In this document: in pieces, positions 1 to 10,508 of the stretch | Position numbering within the stretch: the first letter of the stretch is position 1 | Layout of the letters: each line of letters begins with the position of its first letter | Origin: Paramicrosporidium saccamoebae KSL3 | Lineage: Eukaryota; Fungi; Cryptomycota | Assembly: GCA_002794465.1 (NCBI GenBank) | Contig: MTSL01000213.1 | Span: 139,787-171,786, forward strand | Direction: 5' to 3' | DNA length: 32,000 nucleotides | Made by a program: the position numbers and the translations under genes | Notes under the pieces: generated by a model | Told to the model about the DNA's origin: nothing | Database searches by the model: none | Seen by the model: the letters and a program-made list of their open reading frames with translations, nothing else

Positions 1-160
1 GAATTTATTCAGTCAACCCAACGACCCATTTATAGTCTCACAAATAACATAATCCTCAAATGGTAAAGATCTCATTATTCTTGATCGATTGTTCTGGTTA
101 TCCCTTCTCCAAACTAGGGAACTATCCTCAAGTACCCAACTAATCAGTCTTCTACGTCAC
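1..160 (-). repeat. Copy 1 of a non-coding interspersed repeat, truncated by the window edge
   Basis: Gapless manual alignment to the reverse complement of 19633-19792 gives 148/160 identical positions. Confidence 0.9.
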
Positions 161-466
161 ATAAGGATGTGGAGGTGTAGTGATACAGGCAGGCGTAAAG
201 CCTAGTTATAATACGCAGGGCTTCAAGTGAACTTATCTGCAATGCTGAAATTTTTGTAAAGTTTGTAGTAAAGACTCTTTATTGTTGGTCATAAACATAT
301 TCTCTCTCACGAACTCTTGCATTCCACAGGCGCCTTGTTGGTGGATTTTTTAAACAAGATCCGCTTATGATTAGCAATCCAGGTAGCTACCCCATAACGG
401 CGCCTTTACTAAAAACAGCTCTTGCTTATAAGCAGGGTCCATTCTGCCTACCCACCCCAGCAAGAC

Positions 467-787
467 ATGACACCAACCCTACTCAGCCAAGCTCAGCGAG
501 AGTCACTTCTGGCTCCTCTCTTAAAACGCGCTTGGAAAATGGGGGACATTTCCTCCCCAACTCGCGATGCCATAACAAAAGAGTTTACCTTTGCCAATTT
601 TGTTCAGGCCTTTGGCTTTATGACGCAAGTTGCAATCAAGGCAGAGAGTGTGAATCATCACCCTGAATGGTTCAATGTGTACAATCGCGTCCGTGTGACT
701 TGGAGTACGCACGACTGTTCTGGGTTGAGCGAGAACGATGTAAATATGGCTCAGTTCTGTGACTCTATTGCTATCGTTCCATCCTAA
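467..787 (+). CDS. PCBD1: Pterin-4-alpha-carbinolamine dehydratase
   Basis: RDAITKEFTFANFVQAFGFMTQVAIKAESVNHHPEWFNVYNRV...THDCSGLSENDVNMA matches the PCD family (HHPEW motif). First ATG in the 422..787 ORF is at 467. Confidence 0.92.
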   Translation: MTPTLLSQAQRESLLAPLLKRAWKMGDISSPTRDAITKEFTFANFVQAFGFMTQVAIKAESVNHHPEWFNVYNRVRVTWSTHDCSGLSENDVNMAQFCDSIAIVPS

Positions 788-798
788 TCGACGCCCGA

Positions 799-1934
799 TT
801 ATTTATCTACAAGATACGGAACTAGGGATCTAACGACACTGTCATTGATATCCAGCTAGAAAGTCAGTAAAAGCGCAAACTTTCTACATGCTCTCCTGGT
901 AGTCTTATCTGAACTATTGCCTTTCTCTGGTCTAATGACTTTAGGCCAATCCAATCTTCCTTGTAAATACGAGTCTCCCTCATTGGCAACACTGTTTTAC
1001 CCTCAAAGTATCCAAAATTCTACAAAGTAAGCACACCGCCGTAGATATGGTGCCGTGGATTCTTGAGGATAAACTGTCGCTTCCTTCTCGAAAGAGTAGA
1101 TGATAAACTTGTCGAGCTTCTTAAAGTTTTCCTTGTACTTTGGATTCTTCCTCTACTCAGAACATTAGTACATGGGCTATGAATACGGGGAGCTCATTGT
1201 TAATGTCCGTCAGGAACTTGTTCGTTTTTAAGTACTCATCCATCCGGGTCGGATCCTTAAAATACTGGGCAGGCATCACATTGCCCTGTGCTCTAGCCGA
1301 ATAGACTGAGCGACCAATGAGTCCACTAATCACCGAGCACGGAATCAGCTTTTCTTTCGCCGTATTCATCATAGATCTGATGATTCTAGTTGGGGACCAT
1401 TTTGCCCAGGTCGAGGCTGGACCACATCCCGGGTAGGCTGCCACTCCTTGCAATGGCGATCCGAAAGTAATAAGTCGATGAACCTTTACTTGGGGGCATT
1501 TTTCAATCAGCGCTCGTAAAAGCAGACCCCCTTGAGACAATCCAATTGCATTGAACCCGTTTTTTAAAGATGGCTCGTTCTGCAGAGTCTGGCAAACTTC
1601 AGTGACCTACAGTCAATAATCAAAGGCCTAATACCTGTCGCTCGGCGCTGTCAAAATAGGATTTGTACGAATCGTCTGCAGGGCTCGAGCCGGTGCTAAT
1701 CGAAAAGATTTCCAGTTGCGGCAGCTGCTTCTTCAGCATGTCGGTGAATTCCTTGGTGCTACAAGCTGTCAGTCCGACACATTGATGATACAATCCCTCA
1801 CAGCAATTGGATCCAAGAGCGTGCCATACGACAACTGCGGGTGAGTAGGGACATTAGCAGATCCTACCTGGAAGAAGGCTGTAAACGGTTGCAAAACAAT
1901 AGGTGCAGATGAGTATCACAACAAGCTGCTTCAT
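799..1934 (-). CDS. PPT1: Palmitoyl-protein thioesterase paralog A, signal peptide, 7 exons inferred
   Basis: Spliced model MKQLVVILICTYCFATVYSLLP-VVVWHALG...GFNAIGLSQGGLLLRA...LITFGSPLQGV...YFKDP...ESTNFGYF...DWIGLKSLD...GEHLD. Six introns of 28-36 nt, one GC-AG (1020-1053). Stop TAA at 799-801. Confidence 0.85.
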
Positions 1935-2019
1935 GATCAGAGTCAACCAGTCACGAAATGCCTCCCCTTTACTCCACTCTATAATTAGAACAGTGAAGCC
2001 TATTGGATCTTTATTTCTT

Positions 2020-3073
2020 TCATTGCCCGAGCCAATTGGCCAACTGTTTTTTGATAAAGTCCCTGGGGATTTGCATCTACATGTTAAAAATGGACCCAAG
2101 TGTACATGCTCTCCCTCAATGACCAAAAAATGCAGAGAGCCTTGTTCATCCAACTTGCGCAATCCAATCCAATCATCCGTATAAATTGGCTGCTCGCGTA
2201 GTTCAAAGTGTTCGGTTCCGTCAAAGTATCCAAACCACTAGAACGATCAGTAATACTGGGGTGTAGTTACAGATGATTCCTTCGGGACTACTTGGTGATC
2301 ATCAGAAAATTTGAACATGACAAAGTTTTCCAATGAACCCAGCTTTTCGGCATAGTCCTCAATTTTTACTGGACGCTCATTGTTGATGTCTGCGAGAAAG
2401 AGGCTCTTTGTCAAGTACTCCTCAATACGTGCGGGATCCTTGAAGAACTGAGCTTGGACAATCCGGTTCTGAACAATATCCGAATAGACGCTCTTCTTAA
2501 ACATCCTCTGCCACCAGGAGCACTCTTGTCCGTCACTAATGCTCTCAGACAACTGTAGTACTTTTGCAAGTTGAGCATCTGGCACTGGCACAGCGGAACC
2601 ACAGCCAGGCAAGTCCATCACACCTTGATGTTGTGCTCCAACGGTTATGAGATTTCTTACCGGCGGCGAGTTGCAACGTTGAACATATGCACGGAGAATC
2701 TGTCCCCCCTGAGAGAACCCAACTGCATCAAATCCGTCCTTCAGCTCTTCGATTGATTCCAACTGCTCGCAAATCTCATCAACTTGTCGGTTGAGGTCAT
2801 CATAAAAGGAAGCAATCCGGTCCTTGTTCTCTGAGGCCCCAATTTGTATGGAGTGAACAAATATGCCGGGATAAATGCTCTCAATCTCACCCTTCACCCC
2901 CATCATCCTACCGGCATATTTAGACTCATTCGCATGGTTCTTACCCATCACTCTGGCTGCTGTCACCCATACCGTGAAGTAAGACAACTACACTTTAGCT
3001 AGCAGGTCTATGTCCTACCGGGAACATACTTGGCGGCTGCCAAGCCGAGAACTGCGAAAATAAAGCCGATCAT
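2020..3073 (-). CDS. PPT1: Palmitoyl-protein thioesterase paralog B, signal peptide, 5 exons inferred
   Basis: MIGFIFAVLGLAAAKYVP-VVLLHGMGDS...GFDAVGFSQGGQILRA...FSDDHQVVPKESS-WFGYF...DWIGLRKLD...EGEH-MQIP. Ser-Asp-His triad intact; four GT-AG introns whose positions are shared with paralog A. Confidence 0.9.
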
Positions 3074-3149
3074 TGCGCACGCACTCCAATGTATTAGCCA
3101 ATCGCTCTAATCGCTGTTAAAAATAGAAGTCCTGACAACCAATAAAAAG

Positions 3150-3222
3150 AGGCCCTTGAGAGGATCGAACTCTCGACCTACTCCTTACTAGGGAGTCGCA
3201 ACTACCACTGTGCTAAAGGGCC
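3150..3222 (-). tRNA. tRNA-Thr (anticodon AGT)
   Basis: Minus strand folds as GGCCCTT/AAGGGCC acceptor stem, D loop with AGTGGTA, anticodon stem ACTCC/GGAGT with loop CTAGTAA, T arm GAGAG-TTCGATC-CTCTC. A T5 Pol III terminator follows. Confidence 0.95.
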
Positions 3223-3559
3223 AGTTGAGTGCTGATGAGGAGAGATGTATAAAATACGTTAGAGATAAAGCGCCTGCTAAATAGTATCCCCGAATCATTG
3301 GGGAGTCCGACTCAGATAGCGGTTCCACAGTCCGGTTTGGTTAAATTAAGAATGGCTACCTATAAAGAAGCCATATACTTTAATAAAAGTGTGTTCACCC
3401 ATCAACAGGAGCCTTATGCTTCAATAAAAGCAGTTCGCTCATCAACCTACTCTCATCAAAGGCGCCTTTAATAGCGCCGATTTGCTCATCACCAGACTCC
3501 TTATTGAAATCCTTGGTGATCCTAGATATAGTATTTCCACAACTGGAAAAAACTTTGAT

Positions 3560-3802
3560 TTATTGTTTAAATGGCTCGTCTCGGCGAAAGTACTTTATTG
3601 AAAACTCCTACAATGAGGCTGTATACAGATTTGACATTACATTTCCCATGGCAATCCCATAGTAGAGAGCGACCGGAAACCCCACCAAGGTCAGTAACCC
3701 CACACCAACTGTCAGTGGACTCATCTTAAAGTACAAATGCGCATTGTCACGCATCATGGCCCAGCGCTCAATGGCGGGGTCCTTGCGTATTCCACCGGCC
3801 AT
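3560..3802 (-). CDS. NDUFB4: NADH:ubiquinone oxidoreductase subunit B15 (NDUFB4-like), 69 aa, 1 intron (3608-3640)
   Basis: DPAIERWAMMRDNAHLYFKMSP, then a TM helix, then spliced tail EFSIKYFRRDEPFKQ. Resembles the fungal NDUFB4 pattern DPAIERW...R...Y.F..TP. Confidence 0.72.
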
Positions 3803-3818
3803 GAAACGGTTTATTGAA

Positions 3819-4487
3819 TTAATCGTTTAGTGTATCGGCAAAAGTACCCGACTCAATCATCTCTTGGACAATGTCTAGACCGCCAGCTAATTCCCCACGG
3901 ATATATACTTGTGGATAGGTTGGCCAGTTGGAGTACTCTTTCAGGCCCTGACGGACGGTCTCATCGGCGAGAATGTCAAAGTAATCGTATTCAACTTGTT
4001 GGGAGGCAAGTAAGCTCAGCAGCTGGCGAGTGAAGCCGCAGCGAGGAGCGGTCGGTGTTCCCTTGATGAAAAGCATCACTTTGTGACGGTTAATCAACGA
4101 GGAAAGATGTGTGTCCAAGTCTTGGGGAGTAGAGATGGCTTCAATAGCCATGGCAAGTTCCTCGGCTTTGGAACCATTAATACGACGGACTTCCTGGCCT
4201 TCCTGAAGAAATACAAAGGTAGGCACAGCCTCGACCATGAAATGAAGTGAAATATCAGCTGTGGTTTCCGCATCTACGTCCCAGAAGGAGATAGTGGGGT
4301 GGGCAGCGGCTAGCGCAGCAAATATTTCGTTCATTTGGAGACAAGGTTCGGCCCAAGATGCCCAAAAGTTGAGCACATGCAGCTTCCCAGGTTCTGTCTT
4401 GGAAGCTAAGAGTACTTCGTCTAGAGAAATAGCATTCTTGATAGTCATGCCCTGGACCCATCGGTGGGCGGCGCTGCTTTTTGTCAT
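3819..4487 (-). CDS. GRX4: Multidomain monothiol glutaredoxin (Trx-like + Grx), Grx3/4/PICOT type; start could be 4448
   Basis: WASWAEPC Trx-like motif; FIKGTP..PRCGFT (CGFS-type); YSNWPTYPQVY..GEL.GGLDI. Confidence 0.92.
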   Translation of the reverse strand: MTKSSAAHRWVQGMTIKNAISLDEVLLASKTEPGKLHVLNFWASWAEPCLQMNEIFAALAAAHPTISFWDVDAETTADISLHFMVEAVPTFVFLQEGQEVRRINGSKAEELAMAIEAISTPQDLDTHLSSLINRHKVMLFIKGTPTAPRCGFTRQLLSLLASQQVEYDYFDILADETVRQGLKEYSNWPTYPQVYIRGELAGGLDIVQEMIESGTFADTLND

Positions 4488-4884
4488 AACATTCTGTACC
4501 CCCCGATAAATTTCAATTATATAACTATACCGCCAGCTAGATTATGCTATATGCATAGATGGGCGAATCAGTGTCATACTAGACTGTTTCTTGGCATTCA
4601 ATACCTTAGGGACAAGGATAAATTTCTGCACACTTGTTGTGGGAGCGTATTTATTAGATATTCCATCTTTCTCTATAATCAAGAATTATCTCTTGGCTCA
4701 TATCTCCTCATCTGTGCATAGAACGTGACGGACCAATCTGCCCACCACCGGACGCTGGAATACCACAGAGCCAATCATTCAGGGGACAGCCGGTTTCCAA
4801 GTAAAGAAGGTTGCTATTTGAGGGTATCGACTCAACGGTGCGTTCCCTGACGAGTTTGGCCACTCTCTGTGTCTACTTTTACAC

Positions 4885-6552
4885 ATGGTAATGGCAACAA
4901 GTGAAGCTTCCTCTGTTGAAGGCAAGCCGCCGTGCCCCCACTATCATGACGGCACCCAAGATTCCATAATAAACACGGTACCAGCTGCAGAGGAGCTGTT
5001 TGCTCGACAGGATCATGCTCAAGAAGAGGTAAAAGCATTGAAAGAGAAGATTGAAGAGCTACAACAAAAACTGTGGGAACAGAGTGAGGTGAATGCCGAG
5101 CTGAAAAGGACCAGGCAGGAACTTTCGGAGGAAATCATGGACTTGACAAAAGCTTTATTCGAAGAGGCCAATGGCATGGTCGCAGCCGAGGCCAAGGCAA
5201 GAGCACATCTTGAAATCGCCCGGCGGAAGCTGGAGGGTGAGTTGGAAGTTACAAAAGAACAGTTGCGGCTGGAGAAGCAACAATTGTATGAATTGCGGGG
5301 AAGGTTTGCCAATGATCACTCATGCGAGCGTCAAGACACACCTTTGGGGAGCATTTGTGAAGTAAAATTTGACAAAAGACACCTTTCCACAGTGTTGGAC
5401 AACAACTACTTTGGATGTTTATTACCAAAACACAGGTTTGATTCCAGAAGCAAGTGCGATGGTCCAGCAGGAGATATTTGGGACATTATTTCACAAAAAA
5501 TTGCATCTGAAGACTTGCCCGAATTCTCCAAGTTTGTGGAGAAATGCGTCATTTTGGATGCCGAAGGAATGTTGTCTCATCCATACTTGAAAAAGATTTG
5601 CGAGACGGATGTGGCGCCGTGCCTGAATTTTGAGTTTAAACCAAAGCCCTTTGTGAAGAGAATAGCCATTGCAATGTTGAGGAACACTTGCTATGTGGAA
5701 CAGATCCCCACCAGTAGGACAGCCCATGAAGGCCATCTTCGAGTGGCGAGTCAAGGAAGTAGCGAGTCGGCAGAGGTTCAGATGGTTGCCTTGAAGAGTC
5801 CTAACCCAGTTGATGAAGATGCCAAGTCTACGACATCGCCGACTGAGCAACGACTCCGCGGATTTGTTAACCATTTTACCACGAGTGTTTCGTCCCTTCC
5901 CGAAGCCTTGCTGGCCAATATGAGCACCAGTAGCGGTATTGGCCATAATACTGGCAGCGGTACCGGAGAGTCACACAAGTTTTGCGCGCTTTGCGGGAGA
6001 GCCACCATGGAGAAGCCATTTCCGCTACAGTACCGGGTTCGATTGAACGATTTGGAACCTTGGATCTATATTGATGACGGATGTCGAGAGAGGCTGGTGG
6101 CAGCAGGACACTTTTTCACATTTTTAAGACACCTTGGGGGAGGCTTGTATGGACACCGTCCGTTGTTGGAGCTATACTATGACATGCTGCACTTTAGACG
6201 CTTCATGTTTTATGCTCGGGTCGCAACTGGGGCGTCGTCGTTCTTCCTGCAGTCTGACTACGAGGCCTACCTAGATTTTGTTGATTCTAAGCTGGGAGGG
6301 GATGCGATCGTGTCTAAATCTCCCGTGTTTACAGCCGAGGCTGTGACAAATGCGACCTTGGCAGGGATTAGAGAAATTGCAGTAAGCGAGCCTATTGAAG
6401 AATTGACGAATGAAACCAGCCAGGTCTCGGTGCTCGGAACAGTGGAGATGCCGCTTGCCCACGTCTCAGAACCAGTAGACGTTGACACGGAGCAGAGCGG
6501 CACTCCCAAGAAGGGAAGAGTCAAGAAAAAGGGCAAATCGAAACATTCTTGA
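4885..6552 (+). CDS. SEC2: Sec2-like Rab GEF
   Basis: Coiled coil with ELSEEIMDLTKALFEEANGMVAAE (Sec2p domain); later PCLNF, CALCG and CRERL...FFTFLRHL blocks typical of the fungal Sec2 C-terminal region. Confidence 0.85.
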   Translation: MVMATSEASSVEGKPPCPHYHDGTQDSIINTVPAAEELFARQDHAQEEVKALKEKIEELQQKLWEQSEVNAELKRTRQELSEEIMDLTKALFEEANGMVAAEAKARAHLEIARRKLEGELEVTKEQLRLEKQQLYELRGRFANDHSCERQDTPLGSICEVKFDKRHLSTVLDNNYFGCLLPKHRFDSRSKCDGPAGDIWDIISQKIASEDLPEFSKFVEKCVILDAEGMLSHPYLKKICETDVAPCLNFEFKPKPFVKRIAIAMLRNTCYVEQIPTSRTAHEGHLRVASQGSSESAEVQMVALKSPNPVDEDAKSTTSPTEQRLRGFVNHFTTSVSSLPEALLANMSTSSGIGHNTGSGTGESHKFCALCGRATMEKPFPLQYRVRLNDLEPWIYIDDGCRERLVAAGHFFTFLRHLGGGLYGHRPLLELYYDMLHFRRFMFYARVATGASSFFLQSDYEAYLDFVDSKLGGDAIVSKSPVFTAEAVTNATLAGIREIAVSEPIEELTNETSQVSVLGTVEMPLAHVSEPVDVDTEQSGTPKKGRVKKKGKSKHS

Positions 6553-6611
6553 ACTCTGTGTATCTATAGAGCCGAATAAAGAAAACCACAAAGAAATAAA
6601 AAAGAGAAATC

Positions 6612-6998
6612 ATGTCTCCTGACGAGCTTGACCTGCAGAGACATATTGACGAGGCGCTGGCAGACATTTCCTTCTCTGCCGACAAGCACGAGGAGAAGGA
6701 AATGACCCTTCTTGGGGACCTACTCGATACACCCATACTGGACAAAGACGACGACTTTCAAAAGATGACGAGGCAATTGAATACTCGAAAAGACAATGAC
6801 TTGCGAAAGATGGGGAAGCGATTGGATAGTCGAGAAGACGAAGACTTGCGAAAGATAGCAAAACGGTTGGATAGCCGAGAAGACGAAGACTTGCAAAAGA
6901 TGGTGAAACGGTTGAATAGTCGAGAAGACGAAGACTTGCAAAAGATGGTGAAGCAATTGGATGACCGCTTCAACAGCATCATTGTAAGCAGCTGGTAA
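6612..6998 (+). CDS. Small acidic orphan protein with five 15-aa tandem repeats
   Basis: 128-aa ATG-initiated ORF. Differences between repeat units include synonymous changes in this frame (AAG/AAA, CGA/CGG, AGT/AGC). Confidence 0.55.
   Translation: MSPDELDLQRHIDEALADISFSADKHEEKEMTLLGDLLDTPILDKDDDFQKMTRQLNTRKDNDLRKMGKRLDSREDEDLRKIAKRLDSREDEDLQKMVKRLNSREDEDLQKMVKQLDDRFNSIIVSSW
6744..6968 (+). repeat. 45-bp coding tandem repeat x5
   Basis: KDDDFQKMTRQLNTR / KDNDLRKMGKRLDSR / EDEDLRKIAKRLDSR / EDEDLQKMVKRLNSR / EDEDLQKMVKQLDDR. Confidence 0.95.
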
Positions 6999-7140
6999 TT
7001 AGCGTTTCCTCACGCATTTAGGCACGATTGAGAGACGAGTTGAAACGCAATCAAGGACAACTGTAATTGCATCGGAATATATATAAGCACGTGCTGGTTA
7101 CCTTACAGAGCAGACCTGTAGAATTATGCCGCGTCAGCCA

Positions 7141-7225
7141 ATGAGTCATTGTTGATGCAGGCACCCAATCAAACCTGTCCGTCCCCCCAATGAGTCATGT
7201 GCCCTGGCCGTTTTCAAATATAAAA
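7141..7225 (+). promoter_or_regulatory. Two perfect Gcn4/AP-1 sites plus TATA box upstream of the amino acid transporter
   Basis: ATGAGTCAT at 7141-7149 and 7190-7198, both preceded by CCA; TATAAAA at 7219-7225; ATG at 7251. Confidence 0.6.
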
Positions 7226-7250
7226 GGCCAGACCCCCGCCGAGCTTCTGT

Positions 7251-8522
7251 ATGGCCGACAAAGGACACAACGAAATCAAAGCGAAACGCACCACGACCCT
7301 TTCGCAGGGTATCTTTAACGTCAGCAAGAGTGCGGTGGGAGCCGGTGCTCTGAGACTGCCCTACGCAGTGTCCAAGCTGGGCATTGCTGGAGGAGTGGGG
7401 GTGCTGTTGTTTGTTTCCTTCATTACAACAACAACTCTACACTTCCTGGCCCGCATGGCAGCGAATCTTGACGTGGGAGACTACTTTACGCTGGGAAATA
7501 TGGCCTTTGGAGTGGTTGGAGAGGTGGTAGCAATGATTTCATTAGTCTTGTTCCTCATTGGTGGCCTGATTTTCTATATTGATAAGGCACAAGAGTTCAC
7601 TGTCAATGTCATCAGCGAGGTAATTCCGTCGTTGAGTGAGTACAGGTCTTCTCTGCCGCTCATTGTGACGGTCGTGACGGCTGTGCTCATTTTCCCATTG
7701 GCTGCGCAGCGTGATATGAGTGCGTTGGCAAAGGGTGCAATGATTGGAATGGTGTGCATGGGCTACATTCTGGTGCTGACTGTGGCAGATTACCTTTATG
7801 CCGTGGCCACTGGTGCTACTGCCCCTGATGTGGTCATGATTGTTCCCTTTTCCTTTGGAGACTTTTTCAGAACATTCTCTGGGATGCTCTTTGCCTTTGT
7901 GAACCACTTTACTCTTTTGGCCGTTGTGCCCGTCATGGTCGATCCCAGTCCGAAGCGACGCATGTCTCTAACCCTTTCCTCGTCTGGTGTCGTCCTAGGA
8001 TTCTACTTGCTTGTTGCTGTCTGTGGCTATCTGCACTTTGGTGCCACTGTGCCCCAACTCGTCTTGAGCGCCTGCACTGCTAAGAGCGGTCCGATCAAAT
8101 GGGCTTATCAGGCGGGCAGTCTTTTGGTGGCTGTCGTGTTGATTCTGAGCTATCCTCTTCTCCTCGATCCGGCGCGTGGAACCATTGAGGGAGCGTTGAT
8201 CCGTTTTGCTGGCGGTGCTCCCCACTCAGCCAGTCGATCACTCATCATTACATTTGTGCTTGTGGCTCTCCCCACCTTTATCGCATTGACGTTTAAAGAA
8301 CGAGTTCTTAACATTCTCGATGTCTTTGTGGCATTTACGGGGGCCCTGCTGCTCTTCATCTTCCCGGGTGGGTTCTTCCTGCGTTTCCAGGACAAGTATC
8401 ACGTCTCTCCCATTGAGCGTGTCCTTGCCTACATTAGCGTTGCGTTTGGGTTTGTGCTCATGATCTTTGGAACCTACTACAGTGTTGTAGACCTGGTAGC
8501 GCCAGCCGCAGGAATTCAATAA
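7251..8522 (+). CDS. Amino acid transporter, Aa_trans (AVT/SLC38-like) family
   Basis: IFNVSKSAVGAGALRLPYAVSKLGIAGG N-terminal signature, FAFVNHF motif, about 11 hydrophobic segments. Confidence 0.9.
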   Translation: MADKGHNEIKAKRTTTLSQGIFNVSKSAVGAGALRLPYAVSKLGIAGGVGVLLFVSFITTTTLHFLARMAANLDVGDYFTLGNMAFGVVGEVVAMISLVLFLIGGLIFYIDKAQEFTVNVISEVIPSLSEYRSSLPLIVTVVTAVLIFPLAAQRDMSALAKGAMIGMVCMGYILVLTVADYLYAVATGATAPDVVMIVPFSFGDFFRTFSGMLFAFVNHFTLLAVVPVMVDPSPKRRMSLTLSSSGVVLGFYLLVAVCGYLHFGATVPQLVLSACTAKSGPIKWAYQAGSLLVAVVLILSYPLLLDPARGTIEGALIRFAGGAPHSASRSLIITFVLVALPTFIALTFKERVLNILDVFVAFTGALLLFIFPGGFFLRFQDKYHVSPIERVLAYISVAFGFVLMIFGTYYSVVDLVAPAAGIQ

Positions 8523-8685
8523 AAGCATTTCAGTTTCGACTGCATCAAAACCGGGTGATATTGTTAAAGTGCTCTCTTCACGTTTATTCCATGCTTGGCC
8601 ACCACGTATCCGCCCAGCTAATCATTCCACTACGTTGTTCAACTCACATGGCACGTGTTTATAATAACAAAATCAAATTGACTCA

Positions 8686-9908
8686 CTATTCAGCCGTGTC
8701 TTTACAATGACAAAAGAACAACCGACTCGTTTTATCCCATACCGATCGCATTGAATACTGATTGCCCCGCGGTACTATGAACTGACTGCCAGTGCCCACC
8801 ACAAAACTGGTCCCATGGATGGTCACTTCCACCGTCCCCTCCACCACAAAGAACACCTACAGATTAAAAGCGATAGAGTGCAGTACAAGCGCGTGTTTTG
8901 AAGAGTTACGGGTAGGCTTTGAAGAGCCCGCGGGAAATTCAAGGATCCCCGAGGACAAAAAGGTTCCCTCTGTGAATATTGTCTGGATGGCGAAATCTTC
9001 ATTTTTGACCGTTGTCGTTTCTACCTGATCTGGACCCAGAGCCAGCACTACACATCAGCCATTAACCATCTTCTTACGTTTCTCGCACTCCCGATGACTG
9101 TCATAATCCATAATCTTGGCCTCCACAGACACCTTGGACTTGAACCCCGCCGTGGACAGCTTCTCAGTAGTCTGTCTCTTTCTCCCCCTACTTCTGCCTC
9201 GGGTTGTGGCTTTGATGGGTGTATCTTCCCCTCCCCTCACCACGTCTACGATTACTGGAACGCGACTGGACAATCTCCTCCCATACACAACGCGCTCATT
9301 TTTCCAATACTTTAGAGGTTCAATCTTTTGTCTCTTACTCTTCCGTCCATTGTCGTCATATAAAATCACAGCCTCGTTTCTGCGGGGAGCCTTTTTCTTC
9401 ACCGTCCTCTTTTTCGCAGCCACAATTCGAGGTTCTTCTCTTATCGGCTCAGGCTCGCTATCGGTAGCAGGTCCAGGCAGGTCCTGGGGCATCATATCCT
9501 CCATATAGTCCGGTTCGCCTTGAATGGACGCCTCCAAACCCAATTCCGACCGCAGCGAACTTTTGATCCTTGGAGAACTCCTCACTCCTCCTCTTGGCGA
9601 ACTCTTTGATTTTGGCGAACTGCTCTTTACTAATTTCATTGTGGGACGGAAGGTGACTTCGTTATCGTCATCAGTCATTACATTTTCTCGATCAACGTCC
9701 ACGTCCTCCACACTCCAGGTGCGCGTTTCGGGCCGACGCGGACTGGCAGCAAAGTAATTGTCGAGGTCATCAAATCCCTCCTCGTCCTTTGGCGCTGTCC
9801 GAACCAAAGCCTCCTTTCTGCTCAATGTCGCAAAACGACGGTTGAACAGGGATGTACGTCGCATTCCCTACAGATTAGCCCCTTCCAATAGTGTCGTACG
9901 GTCGACAT
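8686..9908 (-). CDS. MIF2: Kinetochore protein Mif2/CENP-C, 4 exons inferred
   Basis: GFDDLDNYF N-terminal motif; CENP-C motif RKSKRQKIEPLKYWKNERVVY; spliced C-terminal cupin SSGILEFP...VFFVVEGTVEVTI...FIVPRGNQYSM...LFFCHC. Short first exon ATG TCG ACC at 9908 followed by a 32-nt intron. Confidence 0.9.
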
Positions 9909-9946
9909 CCCGCCAAAGTGAAAAGAACAATGAATTGTTGTTTTTT

Positions 9947-10400
9947 ATGATTGGACTGCGGAGATGGACGAGACTGGCACCTGACTCGATGCTACGAGAG
10001 GTGCGCATTCTGCCCGTCGGAATATCCCCGACCACTGAGCACTATATCGCGTCCCATCGTGTATGTCGTCCATATCCCTAATAACGGATTGCAGGTGCAG
10101 AAATATGCCGAGCTGGTTCGTGGCCATTACATTTTCCACCACACCTTCTGGTCTCGGAATAATGTGCGATTCTCCCAGGCCCAGCAGAGCTTTGAAGACT
10201 TGAATCCCCAGGGAGACTGGGCAGACTTTTATCGGGAGTACATGCTGAAACATCGGGATGAATTTGCAGCATATCATCGGGAATCTTGGAGAAGGGCATT
10301 CAAGATGCTGTTTGAGGAATATCGCTTCAATTTCCACCAACTGGGCATATATCTGCGTCAGCTATCATTACCCATCCGACGTCTAGTGAGTAATCATTAA
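9947..10400 (+). CDS. COA8: COA8/APOPT1-like (DUF2315) mitochondrial protein, 1 intron (10061-10094)
   Basis: Spliced APDSMLREVRIL...SPTTE...HHTFWSRNNVRF...WADFYREYM..HR.....YHRESWRRAF resembles COA8 PPD..SNLRP...FW..QN..F...MA.FYK.FL...YN..WY.RNF. Confidence 0.65.
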
Positions 10401-10508
10401 ATCTCTGTATAAAGAGCTGGTACTGATCAATAGGAGTGACTAGTCCATCGTAGTACAGTGAGTAGTGAGTGATCAGTGGTGCGAGTGACCAATGCACAAG
10501 TGATTAAC

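Noticed and set aside
1854-2162. ORF joining the PPT B C-terminus to the PPT A leader, as if one fusion gene
   Set aside because: A 29-nt intron after GEH, matching an intron in paralog A, gives a normal stop at 2020-2022; A has its own ATG and signal peptide at 1934.
3230-3559. Possible small gene between the tRNA and NDUFB4
   Set aside because: Only short frames with no recognisable motif or convincing splice model; left unannotated.
4010-4060. CGFT instead of CGFS in the glutaredoxin active site
   Set aside because: Conservative Ser to Thr change with the catalytic Cys intact; too minor to call novel.
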